Assembly (NCBI GenBank): GCA_037441385.1
Contig: JBBISH010000143.1
Span: 1-14,568 of the forward strand
DNA length: 14,568 bases
Source of the DNA: Myxococcales bacterium
Lineage (GTDB): Bacteria; Myxococcota_A; UBA9042
Reading direction: 5' to 3'
The notes under the pieces were generated by a model, which worked only from the letters and a program-made list of their open reading frames with translations, was not told the DNA's origin and ran no database searches. The position numbers were made by a program, and so were the translations under genes. Shown here piece by piece: positions 7,755-14,568 of this stretch. Positions within the stretch are counted from its first letter, which is position 1. Each line of letters begins with the position of its first letter.

Positions 7755-8231
7755 TCAACCCTCCAGCAGCAGCGGCTTCAAGAACTCGACCGCGGCCACC
7801 GCCCAGCCGTCGTCGGGGCCGATGCTGCCGCGCGCGGCATCGACGGTGTGAAACGGCACCAGGCGCGTGCGGCCAAGCGCCACGAAATCCACCAGCACAT
7901 AGCCGGCGCAGTCACGGAGCCAGTCGCGCTGCTGAGGCTCGATGCGGCTGAGCGGCAGCCGCGGCTCCATTGTGGCCTTGCATTCCAGCGCGAACACGTA
8001 GTGCCGGTCGCGGCCGGTGGCCTCAAGCCACACGCCCAAGAAGTCGGTGTGGGCCTTCTTGCCGTGGCGGGCGCGAAAGGTGCCGTCCGCGCCGACCCTG
8101 CACAGTTGCGAGATGGGCGTCGCGACCTTGTCAATGCGGGCCACGCGCATAGCCAGGTAGCGCTCGCACCCCGCCTGAACGGCCCGCTCCAGCGCGTCGC
8201 CGATGTCCTGGCCAGCTGTACGCGCCATCAC
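7755..8231 (-). CDS. recU: RecU-like Holliday junction resolvase (PD-(D/E)xK nuclease)
   Basis: GxxLE, KxxTP, TDFLG, LECKAT and LxxIxxxQxxxL follow RecU motif order. Confidence 0.78.
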   Translation of the reverse strand: MMARTAGQDIGDALERAVQAGCERYLAMRVARIDKVATPISQLCRVGADGTFRARHGKKAHTDFLGVWLEATGRDRHYVFALECKATMEPRLPLSRIEPQQRDWLRDCAGYVLVDFVALGRTRLVPFHTVDAARGSIGPDDGWAVAAVEFLKPLLLEG

Positions 8232-8713
8232 CGCACCTCGACGAGCTGGGCAACCAGCTCACCGGAAAGCCAGCCCAGGCCGCGCAGCACCAGCGTCGAT
8301 GCCGGGGACGGAACGGGGCGCACGGGCCGCACATCGCATAGCACCCAGCCATATTTCCCAGCAAACCATGCCTCTTGCAGGTGTCCGCCCAGTTCCCCAG
8401 CGGTCAGAAAGCGACCAACGCGCGCCGTGGCCACCACGCGCCCAGCCAAGGCCTCCACCTCGGCGATTGTCACGGTGGGCAACGGCTGGCCGGCGGCGCG
8501 ATACGCCTCGTGCGCGAACGCGCAGACCAGCGCCTCGTGCTGGTTCGCGTGGCGCTCCGCGGCCACGATGGCGATGCGCACGCCGCGCACGCGACCGTCA
8601 GGCTGGCACGCCACGGAGTGCAGCCGCTTGGTGCCGTTGAGCACGTAGGCCGCCTCGGTGGCCGACATGACCAGCGCCGGCACAAGGCCCTGTGGACCGC
8701 AGATGTTCATCAT
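8228..8713 (-). CDS. Divergent ASCH-domain protein (161 aa)
   Basis: ALxxxxxxAxxVLNGTK, RIAIVA, GRVVATARV and WFAGKYGWVLxDVRPxxPVP match the ASCH scaffold. The GxKxxExR motif is degenerate. Confidence 0.72.
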   Translation of the reverse strand: MMNICGPQGLVPALVMSATEAAYVLNGTKRLHSVACQPDGRVRGVRIAIVAAERHANQHEALVCAFAHEAYRAAGQPLPTVTIAEVEALAGRVVATARVGRFLTAGELGGHLQEAWFAGKYGWVLCDVRPVRPVPSPASTLVLRGLGWLSGELVAQLVEVR

Positions 8714-9126
8714 GTGTACTCCACCTCGGCGTCTGCGCCGATGAATGCGTGCCGAAAATCAGCCAGTTTTGACAGGTCAGGGAAGCCCAGATACAGGAAC
8801 TCCAGCGCGTGCTCTTCGAGCTGCAGGATGCGAGCTCGGCTGATGTCGAGCTGGTACTCGACCGCGCCCATCGTCAGGTCGCGGCTCTGCACCAGGTCGA
8901 GTACGCAGCTCCAGGGCGTCGCCTCGGGGTCACCTTGCCGCTCGTCGGCCAGCTCGCCGCCGGGCCAGTGCGGTTTGACCTGCACCACGCGGCCATCGCG
9001 CAGCAGGTCGACCGCCAGGTGGTGGCGGCAGGACACCCACGGGCATGGACGAACGCCGGACTCGCACTGCGAGCGCACGCGCGGCCGCGACAGCGACAGC
9101 AGGGCGACGGGCACGGCCTCACTCAC
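8710..9126 (-). CDS. Cys/His-containing sigma70 region-4-like HTH DNA-binding protein (138 aa)
   Basis: GTG 9126 overlaps the upstream stop. RPRxRxxC-x6-C-x4-CxHHL...SCVLD is followed by LTMxxVxxxLxISRxRIxQLExxAL, the region 4 HTH pattern. Confidence 0.82.
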   Translation of the reverse strand: MSEAVPVALLSLSRPRVRSQCESGVRPCPWVSCRHHLAVDLLRDGRVVQVKPHWPGGELADERQGDPEATPWSCVLDLVQSRDLTMGAVEYQLDISRARILQLEEHALEFLYLGFPDLSKLADFRHAFIGADAEVEYT

Positions 9127-9383
9127 CGACCGGACTCCCCAGGGCGAACCATGCGGTAGGCGCCGGTGTCGGCGTTGGCGGGGCCAGTCAACTCGGCCGT
9201 AGCCTGGCCGAGCTCGCCGTCCAGGTCCTGCAGCGACCAGGTGCCCTGCAGGCCCAGGCGCTTGGTCAGGACGGCCAGCGCCGCCATGTCGAGCTCTGCG
9301 GCCTCGCGCGGGCTGCACGAGCCGATGGCGCGCCGGGGTTGGTCCGGGGCCGGGCTGTAGTCGAACGAGATCCTAGCCCGCAT
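9123..9383 (-). CDS. Hypothetical protein (86 aa, MRARISFDY...)
   Basis: ATG 9383 has SD GGAGG inside the end of the upstream gene. Its stop overlaps the next GTG. Confidence 0.7.
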   Translation of the reverse strand: MRARISFDYSPAPDQPRRAIGSCSPREAAELDMAALAVLTKRLGLQGTWSLQDLDGELGQATAELTGPANADTGAYRMVRPGESGR

Positions 9384-10455
9384 GGGCAACCTCCGCAGAC
9401 TTGGCGGCGACCACCAGGTGACCATCGCGCAGCAGCAGCCCACGGTTGATGGCTTGGCGAATGACCTCGATGACCGCGCCGCGGTCGCCGTGGCCGTCTT
9501 GCACCAGCTGCTCGATGAGCGCGGCATGCAAGACGGGCTGTTTCGCAGCCTCCAGCGCCGCCTCTGTGGTGCCGCGCTTGGCATTGCCGAGGCCCCGCTT
9601 GTCCCAGTGCAGGTCCTTGCGGTTGGCCTCGCGCTCGGCGGCGCGCTTGGCAACCGTGGCCTCGCTGGGCTTGCGGCCGGGCAGCTTGGCGTGCTGGTGC
9701 TCGACGCAGAGCCTGGAGCGGCCGGCGGCAGTGCGCTGGCAGTAGTAGCACTTGCGTGGCGCCGGCTCGGCTGGAGTCTCGACGGACTGGCGCGTCCCCT
9801 CATCGTCCAGGTCGACCGGTTCGGCAAGGTCGCTGCTGAACCAGGTCCGGCAGGCCGGGCAGGTGCTGCGGCTGTCGGCGTACTCAGCGGCGCAGACCGG
9901 GCAGTCGCGGGCCAGTCGGTCGGGCTCTCCGGGCTGCAGGTCGCACGGCTCCGTGTCAGTGCTGGACGCCTGTTCAGTGCTGAACGCCTGTTCAGTGTCG
10001 CTCACAAATTCATCGCCGGCCCGGGCAACGGCCGCGTCCAGCGCCGCCAGCTCCGCGTCGCCCGTCGCCCGCAGATGGTCAAGCTGCTCGGTCGAGACCG
10101 TAGTGGCGATGGCTGCCTCGGTCTCGGCCATGGCCGCCTGCTCATCGCACCAGCACGCGTCGCAGATGTCGCCCAGGTCAATGCGCGTTCCGCAGGCCCT
10201 GCACGGGTAGTTTTCATCGCTGAGCGCGGTCGGCTGGGTCGAGCTGCGCATGAGCTCCGCAGCCAGCGTCTCGTGTGTGGCCAGATCCTCGCGGGCCTCA
10301 TTCAGGGCAAGCTGGACCGCCAGCAGCGACGCTTCCACCATCCGAATTGCATGCAAACAGTCCGCTACCTTGGCGCGCCGCTCGTCGACGCACTTGGCAA
10401 TCGTCAGCAGTTGTTGACCGCGCGCCGCCATCGCTACCGTGTCCACCGTGTACAT
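9373..10455 (-). CDS. Hypothetical multi-zinc-ribbon protein with an N-terminal coiled coil (360 aa)
   Basis: ATG 10455 has SD AGGAGG. Motifs CRAC..CDAC, CPVC..CPAC and CYYC..CVEH. Confidence 0.78.
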   Translation of the reverse strand: MYTVDTVAMAARGQQLLTIAKCVDERRAKVADCLHAIRMVEASLLAVQLALNEAREDLATHETLAAELMRSSTQPTALSDENYPCRACGTRIDLGDICDACWCDEQAAMAETEAAIATTVSTEQLDHLRATGDAELAALDAAVARAGDEFVSDTEQAFSTEQASSTDTEPCDLQPGEPDRLARDCPVCAAEYADSRSTCPACRTWFSSDLAEPVDLDDEGTRQSVETPAEPAPRKCYYCQRTAAGRSRLCVEHQHAKLPGRKPSEATVAKRAAEREANRKDLHWDKRGLGNAKRGTTEAALEAAKQPVLHAALIEQLVQDGHGDRGAVIEVIRQAINRGLLLRDGHLVVAAKSAEVAHAG

Positions 10456-10465
10456 CGCCCCCCTC

Positions 10466-11065
10466 CTACTGCGGCCCGAGCCACATGACTTCCGCGCGGT
10501 CACCAGCACGCCGCGCAATCTCGCGCACCATCGCCAGCCCGGCCGGCCCGCCGCCCCACACCACCAGGCACGAGGCGAACGTGCCGCCGCCGCTGATCTG
10601 GATGCCGGCGCTGTTGCAGAAGTGCACCCGGCCGCGAATGGCAATCACCGCGCGCGCCAGGCCGAAGATGGGGCCCCACCAGTACGACTCGCTGGGCCGG
10701 AAGGGGATCAGCGCGACGATGGGGTCGGCGCGGCCGGCGCGAAACTCTGCCGCACACTTGCCCATCCAGCGCTCGAGCTGGCTGGTGTTGTTGGGGTCGC
10801 GGTTATACGGCGGGTTGCAGTAGACCAGCGCCGGCCTGGGCGACACATGGGGCTTGCCGCGAATGGGGCCCCACGCCTCGCTGAGGCCATCGCCGCCCTC
10901 GCAACCCACGATGTGGCGCACGGCCGGGAAGCGCCGCGCCGGCTCCGCGCACGGGTCCAGGTCGACCTTGCCCACCCAGCTTGCGATGAGCGGCGGGGTG
11001 TAGAACTCGTCCGAGCGCGAGGTCAGGGCCTCGGCCGCGACTTCAAGCAGTCTGAGTTGAGCCAC
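10466..11065 (-). CDS. dam: Phage-type DNA N6-adenine methyltransferase (Dam family)
   Basis: SDEFYTP, DLDPCA, DGLxxxW, catalytic NPPY, and RGRVHF. Confidence 0.9.
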   Translation of the reverse strand: MAQLRLLEVAAEALTSRSDEFYTPPLIASWVGKVDLDPCAEPARRFPAVRHIVGCEGGDGLSEAWGPIRGKPHVSPRPALVYCNPPYNRDPNNTSQLERWMGKCAAEFRAGRADPIVALIPFRPSESYWWGPIFGLARAVIAIRGRVHFCNSAGIQISGGGTFASCLVVWGGGPAGLAMVREIARRAGDRAEVMWLGPQ

Positions 11066-11792
11066 TTGCTGCCTCCCTCTGTGGGTTCTGACGGACCGCC
11101 TTGGCGACCTCGTGCCGCAACAGCGTTTCCATAGTCACAGCCAAGGACTCGCCCTTGACCCGCAACGGTCGCGCGCCCTGGTCAGTGCGAGCGGCGACAG
11201 CGCCGAAGTACGTGCTCCACCACTTCATGTCAGAGCGGTTCGCCCAGGCTGCGGCGATAGCTGTTCGTAGGGGCGCGCCAGGCGCCATCTTGTCGCGGTC
11301 AGGCATCTGGGCATGGGGGAGCCGTTTGCGGTATTCGCGCTTGACCTGCACTTCCGGCGATGCGTCCGGGTCGAACTCTTCGATGAGCGGCGCCAGTTCA
11401 GCCAGGGCCACGCGCTTGGGCTCGCAGTCCGGAAGCAGCAGCAGTTCCTCGCGCCGCTTGTCGACGTGCGAAAACTGACTCGCCTTGATGCCAACAGAGT
11501 CCCAGTTGAGCACATAGACCAGGCCGACGATTTCATCCCACACGATGACTGGCGGGCCTCCCACAGGACGAGCCAACGCCTCGAGCGCCTTCCGAGCCCG
11601 TCCGGGCTGCAGCCTTCGGTGTCCGCCGGCTTGCGACTCCCACATCATGGCGATGGCGAGCTGGTCGCAGCTCAGGTGAGCGATGCCGCAAATCTCGGCG
11701 ATGACCTTAAGCAGCGCCAGATATGCTGCAAGGCCATCCGCGCCAAGGTAGCGCAGGCCACTCCACCACTTTTCGCGGTCGCTCTGTCTCAC
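11043..11792 (-). CDS. Putative phage replication initiator / replisome organiser (249 aa)
   Basis: GTG 11792 overlaps the upstream stop. The N-terminal winged-helix-like pattern (W..L..L....YL.LL...G....IA....AL..L...I.WD....V...NW) and C-terminal WxxYF...TMETLL recall phage replication proteins. Confidence 0.6.
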   Translation of the reverse strand: MRQSDREKWWSGLRYLGADGLAAYLALLKVIAEICGIAHLSCDQLAIAMMWESQAGGHRRLQPGRARKALEALARPVGGPPVIVWDEIVGLVYVLNWDSVGIKASQFSHVDKRREELLLLPDCEPKRVALAELAPLIEEFDPDASPEVQVKREYRKRLPHAQMPDRDKMAPGAPLRTAIAAAWANRSDMKWWSTYFGAVAARTDQGARPLRVKGESLAVTMETLLRHEVAKAVRQNPQREAASGSTQTA

Positions 11793-12028
11793 CGGCGCAC
11801 CCCCGGATTTGCCAGCGCCCAACACGCCTCACACGTCTTCCTTCGGTAATGAACGCCACGAACGGACATATCGTCCGGTCCCAGGCCCAAATCGCCGCGG
11901 TAGCCGCAGATAGCGAATCGCGCCGAGCGGTCCAGCTTGTGCAGCTCTTCAACCCGCGCATCCCAGAACCAGTGGCCTGGGTTTTTCGGTGCGTCGAACG
12001 GTAGTTCGACGGCTTCGGGCCTAGCCAT
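11789..12028 (-). CDS. Small putative zinc-finger protein (79 aa; H...CG...CxxC)
   Basis: ATG 12028 overlaps the ASCH gene end and its stop overlaps the next start. Confidence 0.65.
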   Translation of the reverse strand: MARPEAVELPFDAPKNPGHWFWDARVEELHKLDRSARFAICGYRGDLGLGPDDMSVRGVHYRRKTCEACWALANPGVRR

Positions 12029-12533
12029 GATCCACCGCCCGCGCGCCCTCGGCGACACCAAGCCAATACCGAACGCGGCTCTCCACATCGGCCGGCAGCG
12101 TCCAGAACCCCAGCGAGCCCTTGACCGGACCGATGGCAGTCGGCAGCGCGCGCACGTTTGTCAGGTGGAAGCCATAGTCACCAAAGAACCAGGGCGACTG
12201 GTCGATGGGGCTCGGGGCACGGCCGCCGTTGTAGCGGCCCTCTGCCGGGTAGCATCCCGCGATAGTCGCCACGGCCAGCACGCGGCCACAGCCGTGCTGC
12301 AGGTCGGCCACATCCTTGAGGTGACTGCGCTCCAGCACGGAGCGCTCGGCGAGCTGGGCGACGGTGCCCCACGCCAGACGTAGGTCGACACCCGAAATGA
12401 GGCGCGCCGACGCGTGAATGGCCACGTCCTGGCCAATGAGGGCCTTGGGGCAGGGCCAGTCGCGGTTTTCCACGTCCTTGCCCAGGTAGGCGATGGCGGC
12501 GGCCCAGGGCTGCTGCACGGTGATGGCTTTCAT
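12021..12533 (-). CDS. ASCH domain protein (170 aa)
   Basis: MKAITVQQPWAxxIxxxGKDVENRxW, AIHAS, SPWFFGxYGF, PVKGSLGFW. Start is an ATGA overlap at 12530-12533. Confidence 0.93.
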   Translation of the reverse strand: MKAITVQQPWAAAIAYLGKDVENRDWPCPKALIGQDVAIHASARLISGVDLRLAWGTVAQLAERSVLERSHLKDVADLQHGCGRVLAVATIAGCYPAEGRYNGGRAPSPIDQSPWFFGDYGFHLTNVRALPTAIGPVKGSLGFWTLPADVESRVRYWLGVAEGARAVDHG

Positions 12534-12814
12534 GCGGCACCTCGAACTGCGGCGGCGCGCCGGCACAGGCGGCACACGTGGGGAGCTGCGGAGAGGTCGG
12601 GTTCGGCCAGAGGGAGGTGGTCGGTGTTGGCGTCGAACGTCCACTTGCCACATGCCGAGCGAGAGCCGTCGCGCGTGTCCCGGTAGAAGTGCCAGCGCCA
12701 CTCCTGTGGACGTTGCTCGGGAGTGCCGGCGGCGATGCCTTGCCAAGGCCAGCACCAGCCGGTTCCAAAGCAAGCAGCCTCAGCCGCGGCCTGGTACTGA
12801 ATGGCTGCGCTCAC
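12530..12814 (-). CDS. Small putative zinc-finger protein (94 aa; WHFY...SACG...CxxC)
   Basis: GTG 12814 overlaps the Gp37Gp68 stop; its own stop overlaps the ASCH start. Confidence 0.7.
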   Translation of the reverse strand: MSAAIQYQAAAEAACFGTGWCWPWQGIAAGTPEQRPQEWRWHFYRDTRDGSRSACGKWTFDANTDHLPLAEPDLSAAPHVCRLCRRAAAVRGAA

Positions 12815-13755
12815 GACGCACCTCCCACCTTCGGGAACTGCTGCACCTGGAGGTCGGCGGGCCACTCGGCGGGGTTGGCCCCAGCACGGTCCCAGATGAA
12901 GTCGTGAGCATCGCGCCGAGCCGAATCGCGGAGCACACGGCCGCGCTCGTGAGGATTGGACCCGAGCTGCTTCATGAAGAACGGCACGCCGGCCACCGCG
13001 CACTGGTCACGCACCGACCTCGCCCAGGCCAGGTCAAACGGACGGGCCTTGTCGCCGCTCTCGCCGCCGCAGATCACCCACCCGATACCGGTAAGATCCA
13101 CGTCGCCCAAGTGCTCAAGCTGCGGCTCAACCGACAAGAACCGCAGCGCCGCTGGAATCTCGCGCAGGTGGTCAATGCGGCTCTTGCGCTGCCGGTCTTC
13201 TACGGTGGTGCCAAGCCAGACGTTCGCAGGTGGAGTGCCGTTCAGCCAGCCGCCCACCATCAGACATCCGTCGAGTTGGTTGCGCACCCCATCGTTGAAC
13301 GCGGCCCGCAAACGTTCCCTCCAAAGTTCAGGCCGCTTGGTCAGCAGTAGCCAGTCCAAATGGGGGGTACGCTCAATGACCAACAAGAAGTCGGACAGCC
13401 ATTCAACCGGGACCTCATGATCAAGCCAGTCCGCCATGCTGGCGCAGAAGACGCGGGCGCGCCGGAGTTCCCCGATAGCGCCGAGCTGACCACAGGCACA
13501 GTCAAGCGCGCGGTAACACGGCTGGCCACAGTCCACGCAAACGCCACCATCCGCCTCGCGGTTCCACTTCAACGGCTCGCGCCAGTTTTTCACGGAAGTG
13601 CGCCGCCGGTCCTTGCCGATGCCCCAGTGTCCGCCCAGAAAGCGCTGGTCAACGGCCTCGGCGTAGCAGTTGGCGCATCCGGGCGAGACCTTGGTGCAGC
13701 CCCACCACGGGTTGAACGTGTGGTCGCACCAGCTAATTTTGGTGTCCTTGCCCAT
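12811..13755 (-). CDS. Phage Gp37Gp68 / DUF5131 family radical-SAM-like protein (314 aa)
   Basis: TKISWCDHTFNPWWGCTKVSPGCANCYA (CX6CX2C), VFCASMAD, LLTKRPE, FLSVEP, WVICGGESG, PFFMKQLG. Confidence 0.95.
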   Translation of the reverse strand: MGKDTKISWCDHTFNPWWGCTKVSPGCANCYAEAVDQRFLGGHWGIGKDRRRTSVKNWREPLKWNREADGGVCVDCGQPCYRALDCACGQLGAIGELRRARVFCASMADWLDHEVPVEWLSDFLLVIERTPHLDWLLLTKRPELWRERLRAAFNDGVRNQLDGCLMVGGWLNGTPPANVWLGTTVEDRQRKSRIDHLREIPAALRFLSVEPQLEHLGDVDLTGIGWVICGGESGDKARPFDLAWARSVRDQCAVAGVPFFMKQLGSNPHERGRVLRDSARRDAHDFIWDRAGANPAEWPADLQVQQFPKVGGAS

Positions 13756-13768
13756 GACCTAGCCCTCC
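13752..13768 (-). repeat. 17-bp direct repeat, copy 1 (GGAGGGCTAGGTCATGG)
   Basis: Identical to 14073-14089; contains SD, TAG stop and ATG start. Confidence 0.9.
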
Positions 13769-14076
13769 TGAAAATCCAGCGGCAACTGCTGATGCAGGTC
13801 CGGAGTCAGCACCAGCCGGCGACCGCAGTCGTTGCACTCCAGGTCGGGGACATTGCCCATGCCGCGGTAGATCTTGACGACAAAACCACCGCAAATCGGG
13901 CATACCCAATCGGTTGCAGAGCGCATCCCAATCAGCCCTCTGGCCAACTCGCGGTCAGCCACGGCGTGGTCAGCACGTTGCTCAGCCGTCAGCGATTCCG
14001 GAGCTGGATGTGTGCCGTGGCATTCGCCGCAGCACGGACAGATGTCGGCTTGGCAGATAGGACACTGTTCAGCCAT
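13759..14076 (-). CDS. Cys-rich zinc-ribbon hypothetical protein (105 aa) ending in QQLPLDFQEG
   Basis: SD GGAGG; motifs CPIC, CPCCGECH, CPIC and CNDC. Confidence 0.78.
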   Translation of the reverse strand: MAEQCPICQADICPCCGECHGTHPAPESLTAEQRADHAVADRELARGLIGMRSATDWVCPICGGFVVKIYRGMGNVPDLECNDCGRRLVLTPDLHQQLPLDFQEG

Positions 14077-14089
14077 GACCTAGCCCTCC
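14073..14089 (-). repeat. 17-bp direct repeat, copy 2
   Basis: Identical to 13752-13768. Confidence 0.9.
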
Positions 14090-14418
14090 GCCGCCGCGAG
14101 CTTCGAGGCCCGCCGGCACGCCGCCGGATTGCACTGGCGGCCGTTGTGGTGCTTGAGGGTGTCGCCGTCGAACCAGCACAGGCCCAGCAGGTCCAGCGCC
14201 GCCACCAGGAGGTCGCTCAGGTCCTGCCAGCCAGGCTCGGTCGCGGTCACGCGCCGAATGGTCGGGGTGTAGCCGTGCTCGGGCCAGGTCGCCGGGTCGC
14301 TGATGCGGTCGCGGACGAGCTGCGCCGCAGCCTGGCGGTCACTGGCCGGGGCGTGGGCAAAGGGTTCGAACAGGTCGAGCGCGCTGTTTCCGTTGTTTTC
14401 GCTGTTGTGTTGCGGCAT
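14080..14418 (-). CDS. Hypothetical protein (112 aa)
   Basis: GC3-rich codons and coupled to the next gene. SD is weak, so the start is uncertain. Confidence 0.68.
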   Translation of the reverse strand: MPQHNSENNGNSALDLFEPFAHAPASDRQAAAQLVRDRISDPATWPEHGYTPTIRRVTATEPGWQDLSDLLVAALDLLGLCWFDGDTLKHHNGRQCNPAACRRASKLAAAEG

Positions 14419-14449
14419 TGCGCGCCGCGACCGGCCTTGTCAGGAAGCG

Positions 14450-14478
14450 CGCGGGTTCAAGTCCCGTCCGCTCCGCCA
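14450..14478 (+). pseudogene. 3' fragment of tRNA-Asp; probable att core
   Basis: CGCGGG-TTCAAGT-CCCGT-CCGCTCC-G-CCA gives a T arm, acceptor 3' strand, G73 and CCA, as in bacterial tRNA-Asp (5' GGAGCGG). No 5' half is present upstream. Confidence 0.85.
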
Positions 14479-14494
14479 AGTGTTCCCGTTCATC

Positions 14495-14536
14495 GCGAAA
14501 GGCTCAGATTCCACTACGGATCTGAGCCTTTTTCGC
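14495..14536 (+). terminator. Intrinsic terminator downstream of the tRNA fragment, possibly bidirectional
   Basis: AAAGGCTCAGAT...ATCTGAGCCTTT stem ending in a T5 run, with outer GCGAA/TTCGC pairing. Confidence 0.85.
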
Positions 14537-14568
14537 TTGAACGCCGGTCGCCCTCCTTTTGCGTTGGT

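Larger units (their letters stand above)
1..14478 (-). mobile_element. Tailed phage / prophage region (packaging and head module plus early/middle genes); one boundary probably at the tRNA 3' fragment
   Basis: Contains terL, portal, phage Dam, Gp37Gp68, ASCH, RecU-like and DEDDh genes, all co-oriented with frequent ATGA/GTGA overlaps. A tRNA 3' remnant lies at 14450-14478. Confidence 0.93.

Noticed and set aside
9958..9997. Short 18-bp duplication encoding TEQAFS/TEQASS
   Set aside because: Only two imperfect copies in a disordered linker; ordinary slippage.
10466..11065. Restriction-modification or defence system
   Set aside because: No cognate endonuclease is adjacent. Orphan phage Dam genes are common, and the nearby PD-(D/E)xK protein fits RecU.
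11043..11792. Iteron-containing replication origin inside the initiator-like gene
   Set aside because: No direct-repeat array or clear AT-rich unwinding element was seen by eye.
57..13420. Many long plus-strand ORFs (for example 1408-2454, 3108-4064, 4311-5663, 6518-7627, 9382-10488)
   Set aside because: They are antisense shadows of GC3-rich minus-strand genes, with no recognisable motifs and no independent support.
12811..14076. Apparently lower-GC segment suggesting recent acquisition
   Set aside because: This is only a visual impression; it needs a computed GC/GC3 profile.
14401..14478. Intact tRNA-Asp gene
   Set aside because: No 5' acceptor strand (GGAGCGG) or D arm, and the region overlaps the start of the 112-aa ORF.

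Overview
This is about 14.5 kb of a high-GC tailed phage, probably a prophage. All credible genes lie on the minus strand and most are translationally coupled. In transcription order (right to left) the window holds: (1) a tRNA-Asp 3' fragment plus terminator, a likely att site; (2) an early/middle cluster with small Zn-finger proteins, a Gp37Gp68/DUF5131 radical-SAM-like protein, an ASCH protein, a replication-initiator-like protein, a phage Dam methylase, a Zn-binding sigma70-region-4-like HTH protein, a second degenerate ASCH protein and a RecU-like resolvase; (3) a non-canonical tRNA-like RNA directly upstream of a DEDDh exonuclease; (4) a stand-alone repeat-containing fibre/decoration-like gene with its own terminator; (5) terS, terL, portal, a putative morphogenesis gene and the start of a (Pro-Pro-Ala)n protein, probably the scaffold. 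Three unexplained signals stand out: the tRNA-elbow mimic at 6380-6462, a shared promoter-like motif at identical spacing before two virion genes, and a gene cassette bounded by identical 17-bp SD/stop/start repeats. All protein calls come from motif recognition and synteny; no database search was run.
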